From Hyphomicrobiales bacterium (GTDB lineage Bacteria > Pseudomonadota > Alphaproteobacteria > Rhizobiales > JACESI01): a stretch of DNA of 64,000 bases. The stretch spans positions 2,147 to 66,146 of the forward strand of contig JBDVXS010000141.1 of NCBI GenBank assembly GCA_039964305.1, read 5' to 3'. A program made the translations under genes and the position numbers. Below are positions 44,185 to 54,872 of the stretch, in pieces (position 1 is the first letter of the stretch; each line of letters begins with the position of its first letter). Below the pieces are notes generated by a model. That model was not told the DNA's origin. It saw nothing but the letters and a program-made list of their open reading frames with translations, and did not search any database.

Positions 44185-44927
44185 AAAAACTTCCGCACGC
44201 CAAACGTCAAATATTGCGCACCGCCTCGCGTATTACTAATAACACCATAGGCGCCCGAACGGTGATGAAGGCGAAAAGTGGCTTGAATGTCTTTTCGTTC
44301 AGGCAAAGCAAAGGTGATTTCAGGTGATAAAAAATGCAGCAGATTATCGCCGCCTGAACTTCCGCCTCTAGCCTCTTCAACGTCAGAAACACCTGTCGAA
44401 ATACTCAAACCTGTGTTGATGGCAACGCTTGTATAAAGATACTTGTTCCAAAAGAACCCGTCATATCGAATGTAGGGCGCGACCCAAAATTCTTGCTCAT
44501 CTTGAATACCAAAACGCTGTGCTGCGCCCACCTCAAGTTCAAGATGCACATGATTTGCCAACGTTAAAAAACGCTTTGATGCTGTCACACCAAGCAGAAA
44601 ATCATCATTGAATTCCAGATTTGTAACGGGAACGAATGGCCTTCTAATGCCAACAATTTGCTCAAGACCCGTATCTAAAAAAACCCCACCATAGATACCG
44701 ACTGCGCAATTACCATTACAAGGGGTAAAAAACCCATGCCATTCAGGCTGAAAATACGCCTTGAGCCGTTCACTGACTGACTTTGCATTTGCCCCATGGG
44801 CCCAGCCTATGAATAGAAAAATGCAAACGCATGCATACAAAATACGCAACTCAAATTTCCCCGAAATCCCCACACTATTTACTCTATGTAACACAGAACA
44901 AATTGGAATGTCTCGGAAATACTTCAC
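44181..44927 (-). CDS. outer-membrane beta-barrel protein, possibly an acyloxyacyl hydrolase (PagL-like lipid A deacylase)
   Basis: Signal-like N-terminus, alternating beta-strand pattern, C-terminal RLHHRSGAYG...YLTFGVRKFF ending in an aromatic residue. The family assignment is from memory only. Confidence 0.4.
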   Translation of the reverse strand: MKYFRDIPICSVLHRVNSVGISGKFELRILYACVCIFLFIGWAHGANAKSVSERLKAYFQPEWHGFFTPCNGNCAVGIYGGVFLDTGLEQIVGIRRPFVPVTNLEFNDDFLLGVTASKRFLTLANHVHLELEVGAAQRFGIQDEQEFWVAPYIRYDGFFWNKYLYTSVAINTGLSISTGVSDVEEARGGSSGGDNLLHFLSPEITFALPERKDIQATFRLHHRSGAYGVISNTRGGAQYLTFGVRKFF

Positions 44928-45063
44928 CCCTAATATTTAAAGTTAAGACATAATTTACAATTTATACTAGTAAAATTTTCCTGTTTTAGTATGCTTAAAT
45001 TGCCCTAAAATTCGTCTAACTTATTGAAATAAAACATTATTTTAAAAATAAAATTGTCTAAAT

Positions 45064-45768
45064 TTACATGGTTGGCAGGTTTATTTTCTTACTTGAAAAC
45101 AAATTACTTTGCTGTTTGAGACAAAACTTTACTGTCACCAAAATGACGACAACACTAATCAGCAACCATAAACCGCCCCAAAAGACAGTTGCCCCACCTA
45201 TTTCTTCCGCAATAATCCGCGCATCAGATCTTACATGGGACCGCTGTATTGTGTCGTTGAAAATGTCGTATGGCACATAGATCATGCTCACCAGACCAAA
45301 AATCCTGAGCAACAAATCACTCACTATGGCATGAGCAAACCGCGCAATCACGATCATTGCAACGCCACACAGGATGCAGAAAAGCAGGGGGAACATTTCT
45401 CGTGAATAGATTGCCGCCACTAAGATCATCACGCCTCCAAGAAAACCGAGAACATAACGATCAAAATTCGTACGGACTGCAGCAATGAATAAAAGGACGC
45501 CAAAAATCAGCGAACCCAAATATCCAGCAGAAGCAATAATAAAGCGGTTGCCGCCTCTAAACGTGACATGCCCGCCTTGATTCACATTAAGGGATAAACT
45601 TTCCCATGATCCACCTGTCAAAATGACGGCAACACCATGGGCAAACTCATGGAAAAAAATAACCAGTATTTTGACAGGGTACACAAAGGCGAAATCCCAG
45701 CAGGCAATAATGCCTGCCGTTATCAAAATCATCTGCCAGTGAAATTTGAAAAAATTGACCAGCAGCAA
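45064..45768 (-). CDS. M50B-like membrane metallopeptidase
   Basis: FFHEFAHGVAVILTGG (HExxH embedded in a TM helix) followed by GGHVTF, with six predicted TM helices. Confidence 0.6.
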   Translation of the reverse strand: MLLVNFFKFHWQMILITAGIIACWDFAFVYPVKILVIFFHEFAHGVAVILTGGSWESLSLNVNQGGHVTFRGGNRFIIASAGYLGSLIFGVLLFIAAVRTNFDRYVLGFLGGVMILVAAIYSREMFPLLFCILCGVAMIVIARFAHAIVSDLLLRIFGLVSMIYVPYDIFNDTIQRSHVRSDARIIAEEIGGATVFWGGLWLLISVVVILVTVKFCLKQQSNLFSSKKINLPTM

Positions 45769-45785
45769 AGAACTATTCCTTCAAA

Positions 45786-46403
45786 CTAGTCGAGAATTTC
45801 GACACTCGCCAAGCTGGTGTCGTCATTTAGGGTGTAGACCATTGGAACACCTGTCGCGATTTCTTTTTGAAGAATCACTTCTGGTGTTAAGCCTTCCATC
45901 GCCATAACCAATGCCCGCAATGAATTGCCGTGGGCTGCAACGAGGACGGTTTTGCCACCCATCACTTGCGGTAAAACATCGTGCAGGAAATAAGGCCAGA
46001 CACGAGCGCCCGTATCTTTCAGGCTTTCACCACCTGGAGGCGGCGTATCATAAGAGCGGCGCCAAATGTGAACTTGCTCATCACCCCATTTTGCACGGGC
46101 ATCATCTTTATTAAGGCCAGACAAATCACCATAGTCACGTTCGTTGAGCGCTTGATTTCTGATTGTCTCAAGGCCCGGCTGGCCGATTTCATCCAAAATC
46201 AAATCGCAGGTTTTCTGCGCGCGCTGCAATACAGAAGTGAAAGCAATGTCAAAGGTGATGCCTTTTGCTTTCAGCTTACGGCCGCCTTCTTTGGCTTCTT
46301 CAACGCCTTTTTCAGTCAAACCTGGATCACGCCAACCTGTGAATAGGTTTTTCAAATTCCATTCACTTTGTCCATGACGAACGAGAACGAGTGTATGTGG
46401 CAT
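45786..46403 (-). CDS. gpmA: 2,3-bisphosphoglycerate-dependent phosphoglycerate mutase
   Basis: [20 protein letters not shown] contains the RHG catalytic motif. [13 protein letters not shown] and [10 protein letters not shown] are also present. Confidence 0.9.
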   Translation of the reverse strand: MPHTLVLVRHGQSEWNLKNLFTGWRDPGLTEKGVEEAKEGGRKLKAKGITFDIAFTSVLQRAQKTCDLILDEIGQPGLETIRNQALNERDYGDLSGLNKDDARAKWGDEQVHIWRRSYDTPPPGGESLKDTGARVWPYFLHDVLPQVMGGKTVLVAAHGNSLRALVMAMEGLTPEVILQKEIATGVPMVYTLNDDTSLASVEILD

Positions 46404-46414
46404 ATGCTTTTCCT

Positions 46415-47236
46415 TTAAACGTCTTTTGGCAGACCCAGAACATCTGCCATGTTGTAATAACCCGGTTTCTTACCCATGCCCCATAGGGCGGCTTTCACGG
46501 CACCACGGGCAAAAATTGCGCGATCTTCTGCAATATGACTGAGTTCAATCCGCTCGCCTTCACCTGCCAAAATGACGGAGTGAGAACCAACAACAGAACC
46601 ACCTCGAAGTGTTGCAAAGCCAATCGACCCTTTTTCACGCGCACCTGTATGGCCATCGCGCGAACGCACTGAGTTTTCCTCTAGATCAATGCCCCGCCCT
46701 TCAGCCGCAGCTTCGCCTAGAAGCAATGCCGTGCCAGAAGGAGCATCCACCTTATGCTTATGGTGCATTTCCAAAACATCGAGATCAAAATCAGCATCCA
46801 GTGACTTTGCTGCTTGGCGCACTAAGACCGCCAGCAAATTCACGCCTAAGCTCATATTGCCTGATTTAACAACCACAGCATGACGGCCTGCAGCACGCAG
46901 TTTTTCTTCATCATCAGCAGAACAACCAGTGGTTCCGATAACATGAACAATACGCATTTGGGCTGCATATTCGGCATATTGATTGGTGGCCGCAGGTGCG
47001 GTGAAGTCAATCACACCGTCAGCGTTCAAGAAAGCATTGAGTGCGTCATCTGTTATGCAAACACCCAGCGGTTGTGACAAACCCGCGAGCGTACCCGCAT
47101 CTTGCCCAACAGCAGGCGCGCCCTCGCGCTCAACGGCTGCAACCAAGGTTACACCATCAATCTCTTGGATCATTCGAACGAGAGCAAGGCCCATACGGCC
47201 ACTTGCACCCACCACTACTAGCTTCATGTCTGACAC
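46415..47236 (-). CDS. dapB: 4-hydroxy-tetrahydrodipicolinate reductase
   Basis: [13 protein letters not shown] is the NAD-binding motif. [15 protein letters not shown] is the DapB signature. Confidence 0.9.
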   Translation of the reverse strand: MSDMKLVVVGASGRMGLALVRMIQEIDGVTLVAAVEREGAPAVGQDAGTLAGLSQPLGVCITDDALNAFLNADGVIDFTAPAATNQYAEYAAQMRIVHVIGTTGCSADDEEKLRAAGRHAVVVKSGNMSLGVNLLAVLVRQAAKSLDADFDLDVLEMHHKHKVDAPSGTALLLGEAAAEGRGIDLEENSVRSRDGHTGAREKGSIGFATLRGGSVVGSHSVILAGEGERIELSHIAEDRAIFARGAVKAALWGMGKKPGYYNMADVLGLPKDV

Positions 47237-47263
47237 GTTAAACCTATAGTCTCGTTATTGCTC

Positions 47264-47557
47264 TTAGCCGTCAAAGCCTTCAACGATGATCAACTCACCA
47301 TCTGCCACTGTATTGCGAATATCTTTTGCCGCTTGATAGGCTGGTTCATTATAGCAAGCGAGCGCCTGTTCAACGCTTTCAAACTCAATGACTACATTGC
47401 GTTTGCGACTGGTGCCTTCAAGCTCATGGACTTCACCACCCCGCACCAAAAACTTGGCATTATATTTTACAAATGCAGACGCCGCGCCAGAGACGTAGTC
47501 TTTGTAGCGCTCAACATCGTTTACATCCATGCGAGCAATCCAATATCCTTTAGCCAT
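47264..47557 (-). CDS. DUF1330 domain protein
   Basis: MAKGYWIARMDVNDVERYKDYV...FLVRGG...VVIEF.S...A...Y.S..YQ is the typical DUF1330 pattern. 97 aa. Confidence 0.75.
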   Translation of the reverse strand: MAKGYWIARMDVNDVERYKDYVSGAASAFVKYNAKFLVRGGEVHELEGTSRKRNVVIEFESVEQALACYNEPAYQAAKDIRNTVADGELIIVEGFDG

Positions 47558-47577
47558 CTCTTCCTCCTAAAAACAAC

Positions 47578-48294
47578 TCAAAGTGCGTCTTCAATTTCTG
47601 CGACGATTGCATCAGCCGCCGTCCGACGATTATCAGCATTCAAGATCGGTCTGCCAACCACTAAATAGTCGCTTCCATTCTCAATTGCCATTTTAGGGGT
47701 CATTATACGACGTTGATCGTCTGCGCTGCTGTTTGCAGGCCGGATACCCGGCGTCACTAGCAGCAGGTCAGGACCAACGGTTGCACGGATTGCACTTGCT
47801 TCTGCCGCTGAACAAATGACACCATCCATACCAATTTGATTGGCTTGTGATGATCGCTTAATCACGAGCGATCCGGCTTTATCTTTGTAGCCCGCTTCCT
47901 TCAACCGGTTATCATCCAAATTGGTCATAACGGTCACGCCCAAAAGCTTCAAATCATCATCACCGCGTGCCTCAACAGCTGCCTGCATGGCATGAGGATA
48001 CGCGTGGATTGTCAAAAAGGTGCCGCCCAGACGTTTCAAGCTCTCAACACCGCTTTTCACCGTGTTGTCGATATCTAATAATTTCAAATCAATGAAGATC
48101 TGTTTGCCCTGATCTTTAAGTTCGCTCACAAGGTCAAATCCGCCAGCATAGAGAATTTGAAACCCAACCTTATAAAAACTAACGCTGTCGCCTAAATCTT
48201 TCACAACGCTCCGTGCATCATCAACCGTTGGCACATCAAGCGGCACAATAAGACGGTCACGCGCAGAGGGGTTTCGGACATCAAAGTCAGACAT
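47578..48294 (-). CDS. pyrF: orotidine 5'-phosphate decarboxylase
   Basis: LIVPLDV, YKVG, the catalytic IFIDLKLLDIDNTV (DxKxxD), and LVTPGIRP. Confidence 0.9.
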   Translation of the reverse strand: MSDFDVRNPSARDRLIVPLDVPTVDDARSVVKDLGDSVSFYKVGFQILYAGGFDLVSELKDQGKQIFIDLKLLDIDNTVKSGVESLKRLGGTFLTIHAYPHAMQAAVEARGDDDLKLLGVTVMTNLDDNRLKEAGYKDKAGSLVIKRSSQANQIGMDGVICSAAEASAIRATVGPDLLLVTPGIRPANSSADDQRRIMTPKMAIENGSDYLVVGRPILNADNRRTAADAIVAEIEDAL

Positions 48295-48315
48295 AGAGGC
48301 TCACAAATTTACAGT

Positions 48316-48918
48316 TCAAGAACGTGCAACGGCTTTAACACGTTTGATCGAAAGAAGAAGGTCCGAAACCGCTTTATCGGCGAATTTTCGCGCCGTTTCA
48401 TTGATCAAAACCCCGTCATCATCAAAAGCTGAGCCAGCAACGCCGACAGATATTTGCGGCGTGATAATCTCAGCACCCACATTCATCAATACGGCTCGCA
48501 AATGATAAAGACCGCGACGACCTGCTCCATCACCCGGTGAGACAGACCCAAGCATGCAGACCTTATCTGTAAAAGGACCATAGCCTTGCCCATCGCCAAT
48601 ACCTGACGTGCTCACCCAATCAATCGCGTTTTTCAATATAGGAGGGATCGACGCATTATATTCTGGTGAGACAAACACCAAGCCGTCAACCTCTGCAAAT
48701 TTCTTAGCAAGATCAATTACTTCTTGCGGTATTTCGATATCTGCATTGTAAATAGGAAAGGGGTAATCACTAAGGGATACCTTTTCCACAATCGCTCCAA
48801 GGTTACTCAAGTCCGCAACTAATACTTCTGCCAGCTTATCATTGATGGACCCCTTGCGGGTCGAGCCAGGTATTACTAAAATTTTTGCCATCATAAAGTT
48901 CTCCGAAATAGAATTCAC
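48316..48918 (-). CDS. NADPH-dependent FMN reductase family protein
   Basis: KILVIPGSTRKGSIN and FVSPEYNASIPPILKNAIDW are motifs of the NADPH-dependent FMN reductase family. The likely start is MAKILV at 48891. Confidence 0.8.
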   Translation of the reverse strand: MNSISENFMMAKILVIPGSTRKGSINDKLAEVLVADLSNLGAIVEKVSLSDYPFPIYNADIEIPQEVIDLAKKFAEVDGLVFVSPEYNASIPPILKNAIDWVSTSGIGDGQGYGPFTDKVCMLGSVSPGDGAGRRGLYHLRAVLMNVGAEIITPQISVGVAGSAFDDDGVLINETARKFADKAVSDLLLSIKRVKAVARS

Positions 48919-48956
48919 CTAATCCGAGATACACAAACAACAGCGTAGCTTGGAAA

Positions 48957-49610
48957 TTAAATCGTCCGACTTTGCTTACGATAGACGAAAACCCGCGCAG
49001 GCGGAATGTTGCGTGCAATCCACGATGTTTTTTCCACACTCACACCGCGCGGTGCAGCAACTGGTGCGCGTAGTCCATAGGAAAATTGAATGAATGGATT
49101 GCCATCAAGCAATTCTAGAATTTCATCCAACAATACTTCACGCTTGTCTTTGGGGCTGTTGAGCAGCGGAAGGCTGGAGACAACAGCGGCAAAACGCGGC
49201 GGCGTATTAAAGTGCTTTGAAAGCGTCTTTTGCACATTGAAACCATCGCCATTAATGACATCAATATCGGGGAACTCATCCCGCAAAAGCGTGCAAAAAT
49301 CCGCACTATATTCAATGGCGACCAGCTTTTCAGGTTTTACACCATGGTCAAGCAAAGCCTTGGTAACAGCGCCCGTTCCCGGTCCAATTTCTAAAATAGG
49401 AAGGTCTGAATCCAAGGGTACAAAAGACGCCATTGTATTGGCAAGTTCACTCCCAGACGGAGCAATTGCGCCCATTTTCAGGGGGTTGTCGAACCAATTT
49501 TTGATAAAGCGCGTGTCTTGGCGAACCCGCCTCACCACAGAAGCAGGCTTTGATTTTAGTTTTTTGAAAGCTCTAACCGAGCCTTTAACTGGCAGAATGT
49601 CATCAAGCAT
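48957..49610 (-). CDS. class I SAM-dependent methyltransferase, phospholipid N-methyltransferase (PmtA)-like
   Basis: FIKNWFDNPLKMGAIAPSGSELA followed by ILEIGPGTGAVTKALL and VAIEYSADF matches my recollection of rhizobial PmtA / COG phospholipid N-methyltransferase proteins. Confidence 0.5.
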   Translation of the reverse strand: MLDDILPVKGSVRAFKKLKSKPASVVRRVRQDTRFIKNWFDNPLKMGAIAPSGSELANTMASFVPLDSDLPILEIGPGTGAVTKALLDHGVKPEKLVAIEYSADFCTLLRDEFPDIDVINGDGFNVQKTLSKHFNTPPRFAAVVSSLPLLNSPKDKREVLLDEILELLDGNPFIQFSYGLRAPVAAPRGVSVEKTSWIARNIPPARVFVYRKQSRTI

Positions 49611-49695
49611 ATTTATTCAAAAACTATATCTAATACTAAAGTGGATATAAGCAGCCTTGCCTCGCCTTGCAACCTAAACGAGATGAAAAAATGCG

Positions 49696-50835
49696 TTACT
49701 CTCCGTCAGCACCCGTGAAAAAATCTTTCATCCGCGTGAAAAAGCCTGATGATTCAGGGCTGTTGTTAGCAGAAGATTCTGTTTCAAATTCTTCAAGCAA
49801 TTCACGTTGACGGCGACTGAGGTTCTGCGGCGTCTCTATCATTACCTGAATATACATATCGCCCATTTGTGACGAGCGAAGCACTGGCATGCCTTTGCCT
49901 TTCAGGCGGAATTGTTTGCCAGCCTGTGTTCCTTCTGGAATTTTCACCCGCGTTTTAGCGCCTGTAACACTTGCAACCTCAAACTGGCCACCAAGAGCCG
50001 CCGTCGTCATTGAAAGTGGTACACGGCAGAACAAATCTGCACCTTCACGCTGGAAGAACTCATGCGGAATGATTGAGATGAAAATATAAAGATCGCCTGA
50101 CACATTACCGCGCGTTCCCGCTTCACCTTCACCGGCCAAACGAATACGGGTTCCATCTTCGATACCAGCAGGGATGCTGACAGATAATGTGCGATCTTGC
50201 GAAACCTTACCAGCGCCGTGACAACCACCACATGGATCCGTAATTACTTCGCCGCGTCCCTGACAACTTGAGCATGTACGCTCTACAGAGAAAAAGCCTT
50301 GGCTTGCGCGCACACGTCCAGCGCCACCACAGGTTGGGCATGTTTTGGGACTAGTGCCCGCCTTCGCACCAGAGCCAGTACATTGATCACAAGTGACGGA
50401 AGTTGGAACAGAAATTTCTGCGTTTTTACCCTCGTAAGCTTCTTCGAGAGTGACTTCCATATTAAAGCGTAGGTCAGAACCACGGCCAGCATTGGAACCG
50501 CCCCCACGGCGACCACCCATGACATCGCCGAAGAATTCTTCGAAAATATCCGACATCGAGCCGCCAAAATCGCCGCCACCAAAGCCGCCAGCTTGTCCAC
50601 CACCACCTTGGGTAAAGGCATCATGGCCAAAGCGATCGTAGGCCGCGCGCTTTTGCGGATCTTTCAATGTTTCATAAGCCTCATTCAATTCCTTGAACTT
50701 AGCCTCAGCAGCATCATCACCCGGATTGCGATCTGGGTGGTATTTCATCGCTAGTTTTCTAAACGCAGTTTTCAGACCTTTTTCGTCCGTATCACGCGTT
50801 ACACCTAGCATATCGTAAAAGTCAGCTTTAGACAT
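49696..50835 (-). CDS. dnaJ: molecular chaperone DnaJ
   Basis: J-domain DFYDMLGV...KYHPDRNP, a G/F-rich region, four CxxCxGxG zinc-finger repeats, and a C-terminal substrate-binding domain. Start at MSKADFY (50835) or at the upstream ATG at 50853. Confidence 0.92.
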   Translation of the reverse strand: MSKADFYDMLGVTRDTDEKGLKTAFRKLAMKYHPDRNPGDDAAEAKFKELNEAYETLKDPQKRAAYDRFGHDAFTQGGGGQAGGFGGGDFGGSMSDIFEEFFGDVMGGRRGGGSNAGRGSDLRFNMEVTLEEAYEGKNAEISVPTSVTCDQCTGSGAKAGTSPKTCPTCGGAGRVRASQGFFSVERTCSSCQGRGEVITDPCGGCHGAGKVSQDRTLSVSIPAGIEDGTRIRLAGEGEAGTRGNVSGDLYIFISIIPHEFFQREGADLFCRVPLSMTTAALGGQFEVASVTGAKTRVKIPEGTQAGKQFRLKGKGMPVLRSSQMGDMYIQVMIETPQNLSRRQRELLEEFETESSANNSPESSGFFTRMKDFFTGADGE

Positions 50836-50861
50836 CGTCTCTTGCCTGCTCATATTCTATG

Positions 50862-51974
50862 TTAATTGGTTTGGACCTCTAGATCGGCTGCGTCAAGCAC
50901 ACGCGCAACCTGATTGCTCCAAAGACAATTTTCACCATGTGTTTTAGATGCTACCCGCATCTCATTATGTCGTTTCTTATCAGATAAAATGGATAAAACA
51001 GCATCTTCCACATTGCTTGTGACCGTCGCCTCAACCACAAGCCCCGTTTTCCCATCAATAATTGCTTCAGGCGCACCGCCTGCATTGCCGCACACAGTGG
51101 GAAGTCCCTGCAATGCTGCTTCTGCATAGGTAATGCCGTAGCCTTCACGCTCTTCCATAACTTGTCGGCCAGGTTGGAGGAAAAGATCAGCACTTTTCAA
51201 CAAAGCGGTTTTATACCCTTCCTCAATCCAACCTAAGAACGTGATATTGTGTTGAAGGCCTAATGTCTCAACCAATGCTTCAAGACGTGGGCGATCATCG
51301 CCAATGCCAACAATCACATAGTGCGCTGTTGGAAATTTTTCTAAAACCGCCGGAAAAGCACTGATGGCTTGATCAAGCCCCTTCCAGTCAATCAAGCGAC
51401 ACATGCTGAGCAGGCGCGGTGCATGATCGCCCCATAATTGCTCTGCTTCTTGTCGCTGGGCGCTGGTTTCTTCCACGGGATCAAAGATTGGCGGGTTCAC
51501 AATGCGCGTTGGCACATGGTCAGGTGTGAAAGCCTTGGCCCGTGTCAGCGTTTCATTGGAATTGAAAATAATATGGTCAGCTTTTGCCATCGCCTTTTTT
51601 ATGCGATCAGCCTTTGTCAGTGCACGAGGGAACTCGTTACCATGGGCCCATGTGACAATTGGAAAATCAAAGGATTGGTTGAAAATCTCGATACTCTTCC
51701 ATGTGTCTGCAAAAACAGCTTTGACTTGGCCGCTCTTTGCAAGCTTTTGTAATCGCCAATATTTAACGCGGCGTCTCCACGGGCGTGGGCCGCTGAAGCG
51801 TTCAATCTTATACGGCAACTCTGTTTCGCGGTCCCACTGTTTGGCGTCATTGCCACCATCTGCCAAGACCATTACGTCATGGCCTGCATGAGCAATATAT
51901 TCAGCTGTGCCCGCCAGTAGGTTTTGAATACCGCCGGTACGTGGGGGGAAAGCCTGTGCTGAGATGATAATCAT
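50862..51974 (-). CDS. glycosyltransferase family 4 (GT-B, group 1)
   Basis: MIIISAQAFPPRTGGIQN is the N-terminal motif. The C-terminal EGYGITYAEAALQGLPTVCGNAGGAPEAIIDGKTGLVV is the E-x7-E GT4 signature. Confidence 0.8.
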   Translation of the reverse strand: MIIISAQAFPPRTGGIQNLLAGTAEYIAHAGHDVMVLADGGNDAKQWDRETELPYKIERFSGPRPWRRRVKYWRLQKLAKSGQVKAVFADTWKSIEIFNQSFDFPIVTWAHGNEFPRALTKADRIKKAMAKADHIIFNSNETLTRAKAFTPDHVPTRIVNPPIFDPVEETSAQRQEAEQLWGDHAPRLLSMCRLIDWKGLDQAISAFPAVLEKFPTAHYVIVGIGDDRPRLEALVETLGLQHNITFLGWIEEGYKTALLKSADLFLQPGRQVMEEREGYGITYAEAALQGLPTVCGNAGGAPEAIIDGKTGLVVEATVTSNVEDAVLSILSDKKRHNEMRVASKTHGENCLWSNQVARVLDAADLEVQTN

Positions 51975-52010
51975 AGGGATACACTAGATTGGCAAAACTG
52001 CCGTGATTTA

Positions 52011-52040
52011 AACGAAAACCGGCACCCTTCGGCGCCGGTT
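52011..52040 (-). terminator. rho-independent terminator/attenuator downstream of dnaK
   Basis: On the minus strand, AACCGGCGCC-GAAG-GGTGCCGGTT forms a 10-bp stem with one mismatch, followed by TTTCGTTT. It lies 29 nt after the dnaK stop. Confidence 0.6.
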
Positions 52041-52068
52041 AGCAAATTTTCACAAACCAGATGCGAAA

Positions 52069-54000
52069 TTACGCAGAGCGCTTCTCATCGCCATCGTCGT
52101 CTGACACGTCTTCAAAGTCAGCATCCATAACATCATCATCATGGTCATCACCTGCTGCATCTGCTGCCGCATCGGCTTCAGCTGCTGCCTGCTCAGACTG
52201 ATACATAGCTTCACCAAGCTTCATGCTTGCTTGAGCCAATGTTTCTGATTTTGCTTGAACTTCATCATTGTCGATTTCGTCACCTTCAATCGCAGATTTC
52301 AAATCTGCAATCGCGTCTGAAATCGCCTGACGGTCGCTCTCGCCTACCTGATCACCATATTCAGCCAATGATTTCTCAGCAGAATGGATCATCGTTTCAG
52401 CGTTGTTTCTCGCATCAACAGATTCGCGCTTCTTCTTATCCGCATCAGCATTTGCTTCTGCGTCTTTGATCATTTGATCAATATCATCATCAGACAAACC
52501 GCCTGATGCTTGAATGCGAATTTGCTGTTCTTTGCCTGTGCCTTTGTCTTTTGCAGACACATTCACAATGCCGTTTGCATCAATATCAAAGGTCACTTCA
52601 ATTTGTGGCATGCCACGTGGTGCTGGCGGAATACCGACCAGGTCAAATTGACCGAGGTTTTTGTTATCTGCCGCCATTTCGCGCTCACCTTGAGCAACGC
52701 GGATGGTCACAGCATTTTGGTTATCGTCAGCCGTTGAGAAAGTCTGCGACTTCTTCGTTGGGATGGTTGTGTTGCGGTCGATCAAACGTGTGAACACGCC
52801 ACCGAGCGTTTCAATGCCGAGAGACAATGGTGTCACGTCAAGAAGGAGAACGTCTTTCACGTCGCCTTGCAAAACACCCGCTTGAATAGCGGCACCCATA
52901 GCAACCACTTCATCTGGGTTCACACCCTTATTCGGCTCTTTACCGAAGAACTTCTTCACAGCTTCCTGAATTTTTGGCATGCGTGTCATACCGCCAACCA
53001 GAACGACTTCGTCGATCTCAGCTGCACTTATGCCAGCGTCTTTAAGTGCTGACTTACATGGGCCAATTGTACGCTGAACAAAATCATCAACCAAAGCTTC
53101 AAACTTTGCGCGTGTTAGCTTCAATGTCAGGTGTTTTGGACCAGACGCATCGGCTGTAATGAATGGCAAGTTGATTTCAGTTTGGGTTGCAGAAGAAAGT
53201 TCGATTTTTGCTTTTTCTGCTGCTTCCTTCAAACGCTGAAGCGCAAGCTTGTCACCGCGAAGGTCAATGCCTTGCTCTTTTTTGAATTCGTCAGCGAGAT
53301 AATTCACCAAACGCATGTCAAAATCTTCACCACCAAGGAAGGTATCGCCATTGGTTGATTTAACTTCAAAAACACCGTCGCCGATTTCAAGAACCGACAC
53401 ATCGAATGTACCGCCGCCAAGGTCATAAACAGCAATTGTCTGGCCGTCGTTTTTATCAAGACCGTAAGCCAATGCCGCAGCTGTTGGTTCGTTGATGATG
53501 CGAAGCACTTCAAGGCCAGCAATCTTACCAGCATCTTTCGTTGCCTGACGCTGAGCATCGTTGAAATACGCAGGAACCGTGATTACGGCTTGCTCAACTG
53601 TCTCACCGAGGAAGCTCTCAGCTGTTTCCTTCATTTTTTGAAGAATCATTGCTGACACTTGCGACGGAGAATATTTGTCGCCACTTGCTTCAACCCATGC
53701 ATCGCCATTGTCACCTTTGACAATTTTGAAGGGAACAAGATCTTTATCTTTGCCAACGGTTGGATCATCGAAACGACGACCAATCAAACGCTTCACTGCA
53801 AAGAGTGTATTTTCAGGGTTGGTAACAGCTTGCCGTTTTGCTGGTTGACCAACAAGGCGCTCTCCATCTTCTGAAAATGCCACCATTGATGGCGTTGTGC
53901 GCGCACCTTCTGCGTTCTCAATTACCTTAGGTTCCTTGCCATCCATAACTGAAACGCAAGAATTGGTGGTTCCAAGGTCAATACCAATGACTTTAGCCAT
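52069..54000 (-). CDS. dnaK: molecular chaperone DnaK (Hsp70)
   Basis: [22 protein letters not shown] and [10 protein letters not shown] are present. A perfect AAGGAG RBS precedes the ATG at 54000; the track ORF extends spuriously to 54078. Confidence 0.97.
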   Translation of the reverse strand: MAKVIGIDLGTTNSCVSVMDGKEPKVIENAEGARTTPSMVAFSEDGERLVGQPAKRQAVTNPENTLFAVKRLIGRRFDDPTVGKDKDLVPFKIVKGDNGDAWVEASGDKYSPSQVSAMILQKMKETAESFLGETVEQAVITVPAYFNDAQRQATKDAGKIAGLEVLRIINEPTAAALAYGLDKNDGQTIAVYDLGGGTFDVSVLEIGDGVFEVKSTNGDTFLGGEDFDMRLVNYLADEFKKEQGIDLRGDKLALQRLKEAAEKAKIELSSATQTEINLPFITADASGPKHLTLKLTRAKFEALVDDFVQRTIGPCKSALKDAGISAAEIDEVVLVGGMTRMPKIQEAVKKFFGKEPNKGVNPDEVVAMGAAIQAGVLQGDVKDVLLLDVTPLSLGIETLGGVFTRLIDRNTTIPTKKSQTFSTADDNQNAVTIRVAQGEREMAADNKNLGQFDLVGIPPAPRGMPQIEVTFDIDANGIVNVSAKDKGTGKEQQIRIQASGGLSDDDIDQMIKDAEANADADKKKRESVDARNNAETMIHSAEKSLAEYGDQVGESDRQAISDAIADLKSAIEGDEIDNDEVQAKSETLAQASMKLGEAMYQSEQAAAEADAAADAAGDDHDDDVMDADFEDVSDDDGDEKRSA

Positions 54001-54181
54001 ATTCGTCTCCTTAACAAGCAAGCCGTTGTGTGAACCTTTTTTAAGCGTTCTACAACCCCTAAAGGCCTGGTCTTTCAACCAGCAGGCTTCTAATGCAATA
54101 TTTGTAGCGGAATTAGGTCTCGTTCGTTGTCATTTTGAAAAAATAACAACAAGCCCCATCCGCTTACGCGGTTCGGAAGGT

Positions 54182-54210
54182 ATATAAGAATACCTGTGGC
54201 GGACTGCAAG
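54182..54210 (-). promoter_or_regulatory. candidate RpoH (sigma-32) heat-shock promoter of dnaK
   Basis: The minus strand reads CTTGcagtccgccacaggtattCTTATAT. This resembles the alphaproteobacterial sigma-32 pattern CTTG-N17/18-CYTATNT. It lies about 180 nt upstream of the dnaK ATG. Confidence 0.4.
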
Positions 54211-54247
54211 CGCTGGAACGTGGAAATTTACATAGATAGGCAGGAAA

Positions 54248-54865
54248 ATGTTGGTTTTACCAAATGGTGTTCGGCACATACCCGGTTATCTTGCTCGCAA
54301 GGAACAAGAAGAGCTGCGCGATGAGGTGCGAGAATTACTGAAAACAGCACCGCTTTTTCACCCAGCCATGCCAAGAACGGGCAAAAAAATGTCTGTGCGC
54401 ATGTCTAATTGTGGAGCGCTTGGATGGGTAACAGACAAAGAAAATGGCTATCGTTATCAACCAACACACCCAACAACCGGCACACCTTGGCCTGATATGC
54501 CAGAAAAAGTGACGGCGATTTGGCAGGAGTTTTCTGCTTACCCACACCCGCCAGAAGCCTGTTTGATCAATTTTTATGACCGCGATGCGAAAATGGGACT
54601 GCATCAAGATCGTGATGAAGAAAATTTTGACGCGCCCGTCATATCGATCTCACTTGGTGAAACATGCCGTTTTCGCGTGGGTGAAAAAACACGGCAAGGA
54701 CGCACGGCATCTATTAAACTCGACAGCGGTGACATCGTGATAATGGGCGGAGATAGTCGGCTTTGTTTTCACGGCGTTGACCGCATTTACCCCGATACAT
54801 CAACACTGCTTAAAAATGGTGGCCGAATCAATTTAACGATAAGACGGGTTACAGAGCCTGAATGA
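54248..54865 (+). CDS. alkB: alpha-ketoglutarate-dependent dioxygenase AlkB (DNA/RNA demethylase)
   Basis: GLHQDRDE carries the HxD iron ligands. ISISLG, FHGV and RINLTIRRV (RxNxTxR) are also present. Confidence 0.85.
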   Translation: MLVLPNGVRHIPGYLARKEQEELRDEVRELLKTAPLFHPAMPRTGKKMSVRMSNCGALGWVTDKENGYRYQPTHPTTGTPWPDMPEKVTAIWQEFSAYPHPPEACLINFYDRDAKMGLHQDRDEENFDAPVISISLGETCRFRVGEKTRQGRTASIKLDSGDIVIMGGDSRLCFHGVDRIYPDTSTLLKNGGRINLTIRRVTEPE

Positions 54866-54872
54866 AATTTCT

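Noticed and set aside
54001-54078. 26-codon N-terminal extension of dnaK in the track ORF
   Set aside because: A perfect AAGGAG RBS precedes the internal ATG at 54000, which yields the universal [15 protein letters not shown]-terminus.
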